This document shows, piece by piece, positions 9,563 through 20,572 of a stretch of 64,000 nucleotides of DNA. Both the position numbers and the translations under genes were made by a program. The DNA is from Candidatus Chisholmbacteria bacterium (GTDB lineage: Bacteria > Patescibacteriota > Microgenomatia > UBA1400 > Chisholmbacteraceae): NCBI GenBank assembly GCA_963704905.1, contig CAVPHZ010000002.1, forward strand, positions 139,011-203,010, read 5' to 3'. The notes beneath the pieces are model-generated. The model had not been told where the DNA came from. It saw nothing but the letters and a program-made list of their open reading frames with translations, and ran no database searches. The stretch's first letter is position 1; every line of letters starts with the position of its first letter.

Positions 9563-11084
9563 AAACCGTACTTAAATACCTCAATAATAAAGAAGACATT
9601 TGGCTCCTTGTAGTCATCCTTGCCGTTTCACTGGGAACGTTCCTTCGCTTCTTCCGAATAGAGGCAAATATGGTGTTTCATGGTGAACTTGGTCATAATT
9701 ATCTTGCCATAAAAGATTTGATAGCCCAACATAAACTCCCTCTGGTTGGACCACCCACTTCGCATCCTTGGCTCTCATTTGGACCAATCTTCTATTGGTT
9801 CATGGCGCCGATCTTATACTTTTCAAACTACGATCCCAGAGCTGGTGCATACACATTTGCGTTGATTGGAGCATTAACGATCATCTTGAGCTATGAGGTC
9901 CTTCAATCACTCTTTAATAGAAAAATTGCGGCCATCGCTTCAGTTCTCCTGGCTATCTCACCTGCTTGGCTAATGCTAGCCAGACAGGCACGTTTTTATT
10001 CTCTTGCAGCAATACTGTTTTTTCCATTTTATTATTCAAGTGTGAAGGCACTTCAAATCCTTGATAATTCAAGAGGGACAACCAGCTCACTCAGGAAGCA
10101 TATCGCATTTGCAGGTTTTTTCTTTGGTTTGATGCTTAACTTTCACTTCACACCAATCATACTCATTCCAGGTATCTTCGTGGCTCTCTTCTATGTGAGA
10201 AAAAGCCTGAAACCAGAACATTCATTGTTCGCAGTATTAGGATTTCTCCTTGCGAATCTTCCTCAGGTAATTCACGAGTTTTCAAATCGTTTTGAAATGA
10301 CAATGAAGCTCATTGCCTGGATTCCATACAGGCTAGCCTCATTCTTTGGTGTTGTGGGAAATAATACAGTAACTTCATCGATGCTTAGGCGGAATTTTTA
10401 CTCGTTGTTTGAATATGTTCATATGAGTACTGTGCCTCCATATCACCGTGCATCGGTTATTATTAGTATTGCAATAGCATTGTTTATATTTTCAGAGCTC
10501 AAAAGAGCAGCGAAAAAAAGAAAAAAGATTGGCCCGTTTTTCTCCTCATATTGTTCCTACTTTTGGGCTACATAGGGTTGTTCTTACATGGCAACCCACC
10601 CAGCCATTACTATGTTGCAATACTTCCGATTCCAATTCTGCTTTTAAGCGTTTTGATTGAAAGAACAATTGAAAAGCGTTACGGAATAAAAGTAGTTTCA
10701 TTGGTATTGCTGTTAATATTCATACTCAATGCCAAGTGGCTATTTTCCGATTCCTGGTTTTTTGCAAATCAACAGGAAATATCTGATTCTGGAAGAGTGC
10801 CATACCGTCTTCAACTCAAAGCTGCAAATACGATAATTGAGGATTCACAAGGAGAAAAGATCACGCTCCTTCGAGTCGGATATGATGATCATTTTGAAGG
10901 GCAATATGCGCAAAACTATCACTACCTTCTCTGGTGGCTAGGAAATGAACCTGTGGAGAATGGGGATCTTATCTACACAATCTACGAGGATCAGGAAAAG
11001 CTTCCATCCTTTTTTCCCAGGGCGAAAGTATTCCGTTTATCAAATCTGGTGATCATGAAAGAATTGAGACCAATCAGGCTATGA
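9559..11084 (+). CDS. GT-C (ArnT/PMT-like) membrane glycosyltransferase, split by a -1 frameshift near 10521-10527
   Basis: ORFs 9559-10575 and 10551-11084 join into one polytopic protein in the -1 frame at an A-run; GPPTS..GPIFYW, HYY..ILP motifs. Confidence 0.78.
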
Positions 11085-11821
11085 ATAATGAGGCGGTTTT
11101 AACCGTTGTGATAATTACAAAAAATGAGGCCTCTCATTTGACGACTTGTCTACAATCCGTAAAATTTGCCGACGAGATTATTGTCATTGATGACAACTCT
11201 TCGGATGAAACAAGGCAAATAGCAAACCAGCATGGTGCCAGGGTTATTCAAAACAGCTTAGCTGGCAATTTTTCAATGCAAAGAAATATCGGGCTTCAAA
11301 AAGCAATAGGAAAATGGGTGTTATACATCGACGCTGATGAGCAGGTGAGTCCTGAGCTTGCAGATGAAATAAAAAAGAAAATTCTGGGGAGTAAATGCGA
11401 AGGCTATGCACTAAAACGCCAGGACCGCTTCTTAAGCCGGATTCTTCGCCATGGTGAAACTGCAAACGTAAGACTTGTTCGTCTCGGAAAAAGAGATGCT
11501 GGAAAATGGACTAGAAATGTTCACGAGGTTTGGAATATCAATGGTAACGTAGAAGAGCTCAAAACACCCCTGTTACATTCACCTCACGAATCCATACATG
11601 AATTTTTACATGACATTAATCAGTACACAGGTATAGAAAAGAATTTGAGAAGAGCCAAAGATCGAGGTGCATCATTTAGTGAACTCGTGCTATTTCCAGT
11701 AGGGAAATTTGTAAAAAACTTTATTTATCATCGCGGGTTTTTAGATGGCTTTGAAGGTTTTGTCATGGCCTATATGATGAGTATGCATTCACTCATTTTA
11801 CGAGTTAAATTGAGAGAGTAG
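11081..11821 (+). CDS. Glycosyltransferase family 2 (beta-1,4-glucosyltransferase-like)
   Basis: IITKNE, IDDNSSD, QRN, IDADE, VHE. Confidence 0.9.
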   Translation: MNNEAVLTVVIITKNEASHLTTCLQSVKFADEIIVIDDNSSDETRQIANQHGARVIQNSLAGNFSMQRNIGLQKAIGKWVLYIDADEQVSPELADEIKKKILGSKCEGYALKRQDRFLSRILRHGETANVRLVRLGKRDAGKWTRNVHEVWNINGNVEELKTPLLHSPHESIHEFLHDINQYTGIEKNLRRAKDRGASFSELVLFPVGKFVKNFIYHRGFLDGFEGFVMAYMMSMHSLILRVKLRE

Positions 11822-11823
11822 CT

Positions 11824-13017
11824 ATGACCTGGTTATTAGTTCTTTTACTGATATCCTTCCCGATCGGACAGCTATCGAGAATTTCAATTCTACCCAATGC
11901 ACAGGTCTATCTTCATGATCTTGCTATCGTCGGCTTGTGGTTTGTCATCCTGCGCAATTATGTGTATAACCGTTCACGTCCTCATTACCGATTGCTCAAG
12001 CCCATCGCTGTATTTATCGTCATCGCCGTGATCTCATTGATTCTTGGTACGCAAAAAGTACAGGCAAATCAAGCGTTTATTGGAAGTCTGTATCTCTGTC
12101 GGTGGGTTGCCTATACCGGTGTATATTTTGCAACAAAGCAACAAGCCCATCAAAAGAAAAAATCTAAAAACAAAAACAGAATATTGAACCCTCTAGAGTT
12201 GTTGCTAGTTGCAGGTTTGTCATTTACAGCATTTGGGTTGATTCAAATCATCTTTCTTCCAGATTTACGGGAGCTAAAACTTCTCGGATGGGATGATCAT
12301 TTCGGGAGGCTCGTAGGGACATTACTCGATCCGGGATTTTCTGGAATTATCATTACACTTACACTGATGCTCACAGAAGCGATTAATCTTCCAAAAAAAG
12401 AAAAGTGGGCATACCAACTCCTCGGGACAATTGCTCTATTGCTGACCTACTCTCGAGCCTCCTACCTCGCATTCCTCTCTGGAATATATGCACTCATGAT
12501 AATCAGAAAGAAATTTAAATTGGCACTGGTTATTACCAGCCTATTTCTTTTTTCCTTACCCTTTTTACCTCAGCAAAAAAGTGAAGGGACGAACTTACTG
12601 AGAATCTATTCAGTTTCACAGCGTCTGGATACCTGGAAAGAAGCTATTGCTATTACAAAGGAAAATCCGTTATTTGGTGTTGGATTAAACCTCACTCGCT
12701 ATGCCAAAGACAGATTTGGATTTACTCAAGAAAATTGGCAGACAAACCACTCTGCTTTTGGATTTGAAAATTCATATCTGTTTGTTCTCGCAACCACAGG
12801 AATATTTGGAATAATAGCCTTTTTAAATCTTCTGAGGAGCATGGCTTCCATAGGCGTGGAAGGTGTAGCAGATAGAAAACAAGAGAATTCTGTTCTCTTA
12901 GCGAGTCTTATAGCTGTCGGAGTACATGCACTGTTTACGAATACCTGGTTTTATCCATGGGTTATTATTTGGATCTGGTATCTAGTGGGTGTGAATGAGA
13001 GCAGTTATTCTTCGTAA
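11824..13017 (+). CDS. O-antigen ligase / Wzy_C family membrane protein
   Basis: Polytopic; TYSRAS, R..W....NPLFGVG, ENSYL...TGIFG. Confidence 0.85.
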   Translation: MTWLLVLLLISFPIGQLSRISILPNAQVYLHDLAIVGLWFVILRNYVYNRSRPHYRLLKPIAVFIVIAVISLILGTQKVQANQAFIGSLYLCRWVAYTGVYFATKQQAHQKKKSKNKNRILNPLELLLVAGLSFTAFGLIQIIFLPDLRELKLLGWDDHFGRLVGTLLDPGFSGIIITLTLMLTEAINLPKKEKWAYQLLGTIALLLTYSRASYLAFLSGIYALMIIRKKFKLALVITSLFLFSLPFLPQQKSEGTNLLRIYSVSQRLDTWKEAIAITKENPLFGVGLNLTRYAKDRFGFTQENWQTNHSAFGFENSYLFVLATTGIFGIIAFLNLLRSMASIGVEGVADRKQENSVLLASLIAVGVHALFTNTWFYPWVIIWIWYLVGVNESSYSS

Positions 13018-13739
13018 TTGACTTTTATCTTTTCAACAATTTCATTTCCAGCACGGTCACGTGCGATAACAGTAATCGTATTTTCTCCAGTCTCGAGCGT
13101 AATATTATGTGAAAAACTCCCATCCTGGGAAAGGATAACAAATGAATCATTAATGAGAACTTGAGATCCAGGCTCAGCTGAACCACGAACTTGTGTAATT
13201 CGTTCTTGCTGACCATAGAATGTTGATCGGTTTTCAGGAGCTGTTATCTCAAGAGTTGGAGGATTGGCATCATATCGAACGCGATGAGTAGAGGAAGGGT
13301 GACTCTTATTTCCAGAGGAATCAATTGCAGAAGCAGAAATACGATTTTCTCCGCCTTCAAGCTCGAGATTATTAACCAGAAACTCTCCATCACTTTCAAC
13401 AATAACCTCAGCTACTTCAGAGTTATTAACAGAAATAATAACGGTTGAACCTTCTTCAGCGAATCCTTCGACTCGTATTTGAGCACTGTTGGTTGCGTCC
13501 AGAATGGGTTGAAAAACGGGTGGTGGTGGTGGAATAGTATCTTCTCCACTAATTGGCTGAGAACTGCTTCTCAAATCCCCAAGGAAAATTGCAACCTTAA
13601 CCAGTGAAGGGATACCCCAAACGATAATAGCAATAATAAGTAAAATGGTTAGAAATGAAAAGAGCACAGTTTGTCGTGTATACCGTTTTCGTTCTCGGGC
13701 AGAAAGTCGAGAATATGTTCTTTTTCGTCTACGTGTCAT
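13005..13739 (-). CDS. Membrane-anchored Ig-like domain protein
   Basis: N-terminal TM, DTIPPPPP linker, two Ig-like repeats (GEN.I...A.D..GN). Confidence 0.8.
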   Translation of the reverse strand: MTRRRKRTYSRLSARERKRYTRQTVLFSFLTILLIIAIIVWGIPSLVKVAIFLGDLRSSSQPISGEDTIPPPPPVFQPILDATNSAQIRVEGFAEEGSTVIISVNNSEVAEVIVESDGEFLVNNLELEGGENRISASAIDSSGNKSHPSSTHRVRYDANPPTLEITAPENRSTFYGQQERITQVRGSAEPGSQVLINDSFVILSQDGSFSHNITLETGENTITVIARDRAGNEIVEKIKVNYEE

Positions 13740-13796
13740 ACGAATATTATACTCGAGACATCCAGATCTGTTAAAAATGATTAGACGGTGTAAGTG

Positions 13797-13869
13797 AGCC
13801 TGCGGTCGGAGTCGAACCGACGACCTCTCCCTTACGAAGGGAATGCTCTACCAACTGAGCTACACAGGC
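13797..13869 (-). tRNA. tRNA-Thr(CGT)
   Basis: Reverse complement GCCTGTGTAGCTCAGTTGGTAGAGC...TT-CGT-AA...GGTTCGACTCC...CGCAGGCT. Confidence 0.95.
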
Positions 13870-13904
13870 AGTATTGATAGTGTTCCATTGGAAAGTTGAT
13901 TTTG

Positions 13905-13977
13905 AGCGGCGGACGGGGATCGAACCCGCGACCTTCTGCTTGGGAAGCAGACACTCTACCAACTGAGCTACCACCGC
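13905..13977 (-). tRNA. tRNA-Gly(CCC)
   Basis: Reverse complement GCGGTGGTAGCTCAG...TCTGC-TTCCCAA-GCAGA...GGTTCGATCCC...CGCCGCT. Confidence 0.95.
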
Positions 13978-14032
13978 TTGGTGCTACTTAAGCAACATTG
14001 AAGCACACACGGATGATTTCCTCAACTGCTGG

Positions 14033-14650
14033 TTAAGGTTCTCGAGGAATGGCGAGTTGCATTCCAACTTCTATGACATTCGGGTCTTCGATGGTAGAGT
14101 TGTTTGCTTGATAGATCTTCGGCCATTGATAACCATCTCGATAAGCTTGAACAGCGATATTCCATAATGTGTCACCCTTAACAACGGTGTATTGACTTCC
14201 ACCAATTGCATCATCTGATTCTGGTTGTTGTGCGAGCATTTCCTTGGTAGGGGGGACGCGTAGTTCAACCTTTGGAATTCGTAATTGTTGGCCAGTTTCA
14301 ATCATACCAGGATTATTCAAACCATTTACTTCAGCAATATCAACCCAGTTATATCCATTTCCATAGTATTTTTCGGAAATACTCCACAGATGTTCTCCTT
14401 TAGAAACAGTATGTGAGATTGGAAGACCTTGAGGAACGATTTTTCCTTCCTCCTCCTCAGTTAGTTCAAGGGTGTATTCTTGTACAGCCGCCTCATCGGA
14501 AATTTCACCAGTACTATCCTCACCAATTCCAGTAAAGTAGTTATAAAGCAAGCTACCAACAACTACTACGACAAGAGCGCCGAGTACCATGCTAATAGTT
14601 GATTCATGGAGCTTAAGTTGTTTAAGCCAGCTTTTTAATGTTTTTTCCAT
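14033..14650 (-). CDS. LysM peptidoglycan-binding membrane protein (two LysM domains)
   Basis: TM helix, then HTVSKGEHLWSIS..YYG and YTVVKGDTLWNIA..AY. Confidence 0.92.
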   Translation of the reverse strand: MEKTLKSWLKQLKLHESTISMVLGALVVVVVGSLLYNYFTGIGEDSTGEISDEAAVQEYTLELTEEEEGKIVPQGLPISHTVSKGEHLWSISEKYYGNGYNWVDIAEVNGLNNPGMIETGQQLRIPKVELRVPPTKEMLAQQPESDDAIGGSQYTVVKGDTLWNIAVQAYRDGYQWPKIYQANNSTIEDPNVIEVGMQLAIPREP

Positions 14651-14722
14651 AACAGTAATATAGAAATCCTCCTTTCTAGGCAGAAATACACATGAACAGG
14701 GAGCAGGAAAGAAAGCAATGTT

Positions 14723-14801
14723 TGGCGGGGCTGACGGGATTTGAACCCGCGACCTCTGCCTTGACAGGGCAGCGCTCTAAACCAAGCTGAGCTACAACCC
14801 C
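14723..14801 (-). tRNA. tRNA-Asp(GTC)
   Basis: Reverse complement GGGGTTGTAGCTCAG...CTGCC-CTGTCAA-GGCAG...CAGCCCCGCCA; CCA encoded. Confidence 0.95.
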
Positions 14802-14879
14802 ACGCCATAAATTTCTTCAGCAGAATACTAACAGACACGCCAGGGAGAGTCAATGCTTGTGTTATGATTTTACTAATCA

Positions 14880-16661
14880 ATGAAGACAACAAAAATAATG
14901 ACAAATCTCGAAATAGTACGCCTTCTCCGAGCTGTGACTGCCGTATTCAAGTTGAAGGGAGAGAGTTTCTTTAGAATTCGTGCCTACGAAAATGCCGCTG
15001 ATAACATAGAACATGCAACTCGAGAGTTAAAAGATATCTGGGAAGATGGAAAGCTCCAAACAGTCCCAGGAATCGGTGCAAATCTCTCTTCTCATCTGGA
15101 GGAGTTATTCTCAACAGGATCTGTGAATTATTTTTCTCAATTATTTAAAGATATACCTGAGTCGGTGTTTGAGTATCTTGAAATTCCTGGAATAGGTCCA
15201 AAAAACGCTTTGAAGTTAGCCAAAGCGCTCGGAATTTCAAGAAGTTACAATGCAATTAAGCGATTAAAGCAAGCCGCAATTGAAGGAAAAATTCAAAATA
15301 TTGAGTCATTTGGAAAAAAATCAGAAAAAGCAATACTCAACGGTATTGAGGAGTATCTCCGAAGGGAAGAGCATATGTTACTTCCTCAAGCTGTGAAGAT
15401 CGCAAAAGATATTAGTGAATTTCTCAAAAAAGATTCAAGCGTTCTTGAATGTACATGGTTAGGTAGTTTAAGAAGAAGATCAGCAACCATAGGCGATGTT
15501 GATATCGCAATTTCATCGAGAAAACCTGGGTTGGTGATCGAGAGATTTACAAAATACCCTCAAGCAAAACAGATACTTGCCGCCGGAAAAAACACCGCAC
15601 GCCTAATTCACAAAAATGGAACGCAAATTGATATCAAAATACAAACGCCAGCAAAGTTCGGAGCACTGCTACAACATTTCACTGGGAGTAAAAACCATAA
15701 TATTCATCTTAGAGAACTCGCAAAAGAAAAAGGTCTCTCACTTTCAGAACATGGCATAAAAGTAGGAAAATACATAAAAGCGTATGCTTCAGAACAATTA
15801 TTCTATAACGCTCTGGGAATGGATTGGATTCCACCGGAATTGAGGGAGGATCAAGGTGAAATCGAAGCTGCATTAATACATAATCTTCCAACCCTTGTGA
15901 AAACTGAGAATATCAAAGGAGACTTACATCTCCATACAAATTTCAATTGGATATCATCACACGATAATGGAGATGCCACTATGAAGCAAATGGCAGACAA
16001 AGCACTAGTTCTTGGGTACGAATATGTTGGAATTGGAGATCACAATCCAAGTCTTAGAAGTTACACAAAAAACCAAATAATGAGCGAAATTAAAAGGAGA
16101 ACTAAAGCAATAGAACAATTAAGATACTCTTATGAAAATATCAATAGTAAACGCACAATACATTTACTCAATACACTTGAAGTGGATATTTTAGCAGATG
16201 GAAATCTAGCTGCGCCAACCGAGGGACTTAATATGCTTGATTACGCTTCAGTTTCTATTCACTCTAGCATGCGTATGATTCAGGAGAAGATGACAGACAG
16301 AATCATCAAAGGTTTATCCCATCCTAAAGCGAAGATACTAGCTCATCCATCCGGGAGACTACTTAATAAACGTGAAGGATATGAAGTGAACTGGGATATG
16401 CTCTTTAAATTTGCAGCTGAACACAATAAATGGTTAGAAATTAATGCCTGGCCGAGCCGGCTTGATCTTCAAGATACTCTGGTTAGAGAGGCTATCAACT
16501 ATGGTGTACAATTAGTCATAAATACTGATGCTCACTCTCCTGATCATATGGATCTGATGAGATATGGAGTAGATGTTGCCAGGAGAGGTTGGGCGAGCGC
16601 TAACAGCATTATCAATACACGTTCGTGGAAGCAATTTAGTAAACTTATCGAAAATCACTAA
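14880..16661 (+). CDS. polX: DNA polymerase X with PHP domain
   Basis: HhH motifs (VPGIG, IPGIG), GSLRRR..GDVD, HFTGSK.HN, IPPELRE, PHP motifs GDLHLHT and NTDAH. Confidence 0.93.
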   Translation: MKTTKIMTNLEIVRLLRAVTAVFKLKGESFFRIRAYENAADNIEHATRELKDIWEDGKLQTVPGIGANLSSHLEELFSTGSVNYFSQLFKDIPESVFEYLEIPGIGPKNALKLAKALGISRSYNAIKRLKQAAIEGKIQNIESFGKKSEKAILNGIEEYLRREEHMLLPQAVKIAKDISEFLKKDSSVLECTWLGSLRRRSATIGDVDIAISSRKPGLVIERFTKYPQAKQILAAGKNTARLIHKNGTQIDIKIQTPAKFGALLQHFTGSKNHNIHLRELAKEKGLSLSEHGIKVGKYIKAYASEQLFYNALGMDWIPPELREDQGEIEAALIHNLPTLVKTENIKGDLHLHTNFNWISSHDNGDATMKQMADKALVLGYEYVGIGDHNPSLRSYTKNQIMSEIKRRTKAIEQLRYSYENINSKRTIHLLNTLEVDILADGNLAAPTEGLNMLDYASVSIHSSMRMIQEKMTDRIIKGLSHPKAKILAHPSGRLLNKREGYEVNWDMLFKFAAEHNKWLEINAWPSRLDLQDTLVREAINYGVQLVINTDAHSPDHMDLMRYGVDVARRGWASANSIINTRSWKQFSKLIENH

Positions 16662-16678
16662 AGAAGGAGGTGATACTC

Positions 16679-17272
16679 ATGCCACTACTATTTATTATCG
16701 GTTTCGTTGTTCTAGTAGTATTTTATGTATTTGGAACCTACAACAAGTTTCAGACGATCAAAACCAGATTAGAAGCATCAATTCAAGAAATTGGAAATCA
16801 ACTCAAACGTCAGGCCGATCTAATACCAAACCTAGAAAGTTCTGTTAAAGCTTACCTCAAGCATGAAAAAGATATTTTCACGAAGTTGACTGATGCTCGG
16901 AAAGCAATTACTGCTGCCGTCAGAGAAGGAGTACCACAACAAATGGTTGATGCTGCCAGCAAGCTTCAAGAGTTAATTCCGCGTCTAACGATCGCTGTTG
17001 AAGACAATCCTGAACTGAGAGCCCAAGAACCTGTAAAGAAGCTTATGGAAGAGCTTCGTGATACAGCGGATAAAGTCATGTATGCCAGAAGAACGCTCAT
17101 TGATCTCTCGGCAGACTTTAATAGGATGCTCGTGACCGTACCCAGCAATGTTATCGGCAAGATGTTTGGTTTCGCAAAACAAAAAGGTTTAAAAACCCCA
17201 GTAGAAGGTGAGCATCTCGAGGTAAACGAGAAAGAAATGAAAGCTCCTAAAGTAACAATGGATAAAGAATAA
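16679..17272 (+). CDS. lemA: LemA family protein
   Basis: N-terminal TM, QLKRQADLIPNL, PELRA, PSNVIG; SD AGGAGGTG. Confidence 0.92.
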   Translation: MPLLFIIGFVVLVVFYVFGTYNKFQTIKTRLEASIQEIGNQLKRQADLIPNLESSVKAYLKHEKDIFTKLTDARKAITAAVREGVPQQMVDAASKLQELIPRLTIAVEDNPELRAQEPVKKLMEELRDTADKVMYARRTLIDLSADFNRMLVTVPSNVIGKMFGFAKQKGLKTPVEGEHLEVNEKEMKAPKVTMDKE

Positions 17273-17309
17273 TCGTCATCCAGATAATAAAATATTTGGG
17301 AGCATCTAA

Positions 17310-18215
17310 ATGGTAAACATTTACGAACAGATCGACAATAACAAGAGAAGATCGATCATTATTATCATTGGGTTCATTGCTTTTGTCGGCATCGTTACCT
17401 GGATCTTGGCAAAAGCCCTTGGCTATAATGCATCAGTAGCGGGGTTTGCGTTAATATTGTCTGGGTTCACGAGCCTGGGAAGTTATTATTTTTCAGATAA
17501 AATTATCCTTTCTCTGTCTAATGCCAGACCGGCTTCAAAAGAAACAGACTTCAACTTTTTTACTGTTACTGAAAATCTGTGTATTGCTTCTCAACTTCCA
17601 TTTCCTAAGCTATACGTCATCGATGATACTGCCTTAAATGCATTTGCCACAGGTAGAGATCCTGATCACGCAGTAATTGTAGCAACCAGAGGAATATTGG
17701 ACAAGCTGGATAGGACAGAGCTAGAGGGTGTCATCGCTCATGAGCTCAGTCATGTAAGAAATTACGATATTCGGGTTATGGCATTAGTCACAGTACTGGT
17801 GGGAGTTATCACCCTGTTGGCTGACTGGTTCCTGCGTGCTTCTTTTTGGGGAGGTCGAAGCAAATCACAGAAGGAAGGGTCAGCCGGTACATTTATTGCT
17901 CTTGCAGGACTTATTTTAGCTCTGCTTTCTCCGTTTATTGCGAACCTAATGAAACTCGCTATTTCAAGAAGACGGGAGTATCTCGCTGATGCTGCTGGTG
18001 TTCAACTTACTAAGTTTCCTGAAGGTCTTGCCAGAGCACTTGAAAAGATTTCTCTTGACAAAGAACCGCTTGAAGCAGCCAACAAGGCCACTGCTCATCT
18101 CTATATATCTAATCCGCTGAAAAATCGACATGATTCAATTGGATGGTTTGCGGGCTTTTTCAACACACATCCACCCATAGAGGAACGGATAGCAGCACTT
18201 CGTCAGATGACCTAA
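17310..18215 (+). CDS. htpX: M48 zinc metalloprotease HtpX
   Basis: NAFATG, AHELSH, SRRREYLAD, THPP; follows lemA. Confidence 0.93.
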   Translation: MVNIYEQIDNNKRRSIIIIIGFIAFVGIVTWILAKALGYNASVAGFALILSGFTSLGSYYFSDKIILSLSNARPASKETDFNFFTVTENLCIASQLPFPKLYVIDDTALNAFATGRDPDHAVIVATRGILDKLDRTELEGVIAHELSHVRNYDIRVMALVTVLVGVITLLADWFLRASFWGGRSKSQKEGSAGTFIALAGLILALLSPFIANLMKLAISRRREYLADAAGVQLTKFPEGLARALEKISLDKEPLEAANKATAHLYISNPLKNRHDSIGWFAGFFNTHPPIEERIAALRQMT

Positions 18216-18236
18216 CCAGTTTAAATATCAAGGGGA

Positions 18237-18277
18237 TTGGCAAACATATTGACAGAGTGCTAATGCTATTGTAGGAT
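18237..18277 (+). promoter_or_regulatory. CIRCE-like (HrcA) operator overlapping the sigma70 promoter of clpB
   Basis: TTGGCAAAC-N9-GAGTGCTAA (consensus TTAGCACTC-N9-GAGTGCTAA); TTGACA(18249)-17 bp-TAGGAT(18272). Confidence 0.8.
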
Positions 18278-18306
18278 TAGAGTTCATTGAGAAGAAGGAA
18301 GAAATT

Positions 18307-20486
18307 ATGCAACCAGGAGAAGAATTTCTCAAACCAGTCGATCCAAAAGAAGCGCTCGAGAAGTACACCGTCGATCTTACGGAGCTTGCCAGTCAAGACA
18401 AGCTTGATCCTGTTATCGGCAGAGACGAAGAGATTAGACGGATAATGCAAGTCCTCTCGAGAAAAACCAAGAATAATCCAGTACTTATTGGTGAACCGGG
18501 AGTGGGAAAAACCGCTCTTGTAGAGGGATTAGCGCAACGAATTACTCAGGGAGATGTACCTGATTCTTTGAAAAATAAAACACTACTCATACTTGATTTA
18601 GCCTCACTTCTTGCCGGGAGTAAGTTTCGAGGAGAATTTGAAGAGCGACTGAAAGCACTCATCAAGGCTGTTGAAAAAAGTGACGGGAAATACATTTTAT
18701 TTATTGATGAGCTTCACACCGTTGTTGGTGCTGGAGGAGCTCAAGGAGCGGTTGACGCATCCAATATGTTAAAACCAGGTCTGGCTAGAGGCGCATTACG
18801 TGTAGTCGGAGCAACAACCATCGACGAATACAGAAAATATATTGAAAAAGATGCAGCTCTAGAAAGAAGATTTCAGCCTGTATTTGTGAGTGAACCGACA
18901 GTTGAGGACACCATTGCCATCTTGAGAGGTTTGAAAGAAAAATATGAGGTTCATCACGGAATTCGAATTACTGATGATGCAATTATTTCCGCAGCCAAGC
19001 TATCAGCTAGATATATTACTGACAGATTTCTACCCGATAAAGCGATCGATTTGGTTGATGAAGCAACATCTGCATTAAAGATCGAAACAGAATCCCAACC
19101 ATCTGACCTCGATCGCCTTAAACGAAAAATTACTCAGCTCCAGATTGAATTACAGGCTTTGAAGAGAGAACGGGGCAATAAAGCAAAGAAGAAAAAAAAT
19201 GATCTTGAAAAGGAAATATCAAAACTTAGCCAGGAGGAGAAGGAGTATAGAGAACGTTGGGAAAGCCAAAAGGAACTCATTAGCAGAGTGCGAAAACTCC
19301 GTGAAGAACTCGACAAGCTGAGACTTCAACTTGAGAAGGCTGAAAGAGAAGTTCAACTTGAAGAAGCCGCAGAATTAAAATTCGGAAAAATTCCCAGCCT
19401 CAATAAACAATTAAAAGAAGTTGAAAAACAGTGGAAACAGATTCCGCCAGATCAGCGTATCCTTCGCGAGGAGGTTACTGATGAAGATATTGCTCAGGTT
19501 GTTTCTCGTTGGACATCGATACCGGTGACTCGTCTGGTCAGTACCGAAAAACAACGGCTTGCACATTTAGAAGATGAAATGGCTGAGATGGTAGTGGGCC
19601 AAAAAGAAGCACTCAAAGCAGTTGCAGGTGCGATACGACGGTCTAGAGCCGGTTTAGCTGAGGAGAATCGGCCGATAGCAGCGATGTTGTTCTTAGGACC
19701 GACCGGAGTAGGAAAAACAGAAACCACTCGAGCACTTGCGCAATCATTGTTTAACGATGCCAATGCACTGATCAGGATTGATATGAGCGAATACACGGAG
19801 CGTCATAGTGTTGCTCGTTTAATCGGTGCCCCGCCAGGGTATGTTGGCTTTGAGGAGGGGGACAGCTGACCGAAGCAGTGCGAAGAAAACCATATTCAGT
19901 TATTTTATTTGATGAAATTGAAAAAGCGCATCCACTGGTATTTAATATGTTTCTCCAAATATTTGACGCAGGTCGTCTTACCGATGGACAGGGAAGAGTT
20001 GTTGATTTTCGAAATACGGTACTAATCATGACCTCGAATCTAGGAGGAGATATTATTCGTAAAGCCACCGAGGGGAAAAATCATTCCACAGGAATGACCG
20101 AGTCTGTTCAGCAACAGATCTGGGAAATAGTCCAAAACACTTTTCCTCCAGAGTTTATTAACCGCCTTGATCAGATCATTATGTTTGATCCGTTAAACAA
20201 AGATCAAATCAGAAAGATCGTTGATCTTCAAATACAGTTAGTTGAAAATAGACTTGCGCAACAGAATATTCAAATTCATGTAAGTGAAAAGGCGAAGGAT
20301 GTCATCGCGGATAAGGGATTTGATCCAATCTACGGCGCTCGACCGTTGAAGCGAGTTATAGAAAATGAAATATTGGATGAAGTTGCAATGATGATTGTGG
20401 AAAACACAATATCAGAAGGCGACACGATTAAAGTGGTTGTCAAAGACAAAGATCTACATATCTTCAAAAGCAAAATTCAAAAGTAA
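18307..20486 (+). CDS. clpB: ClpB chaperone lacking the N-terminal domain, with a -1 frameshift in the G-run at 19857-19861
   Basis: NBD1 GEPGVGKT, long coiled-coil M domain, NBD2 GPTGVGKT; one extra G restores the conserved [20 protein letters not shown]. Confidence 0.92.
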
Positions 20487-20572
20487 TCAAAATAGATCAA
20501 CTCCAGGTAGAGTACAGTACGCACATCCTACACATTGCTCTACTTAGGTACGAGTGATATATATGACTTGTG

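Noticed and set aside
13771-13974. 67-aa - strand ORF
   Set aside because: Overlaps tRNA-Gly and tRNA-Thr; it is a translation of tRNA sequence.
14635-14904. 89-aa - strand ORF
   Set aside because: Spans tRNA-Asp; spurious.
19851-19869. Programmed frameshift in clpB
   Set aside because: G GGG GAC is not a canonical slippery heptamer and the site is in a conserved motif; a homopolymer error is more likely.
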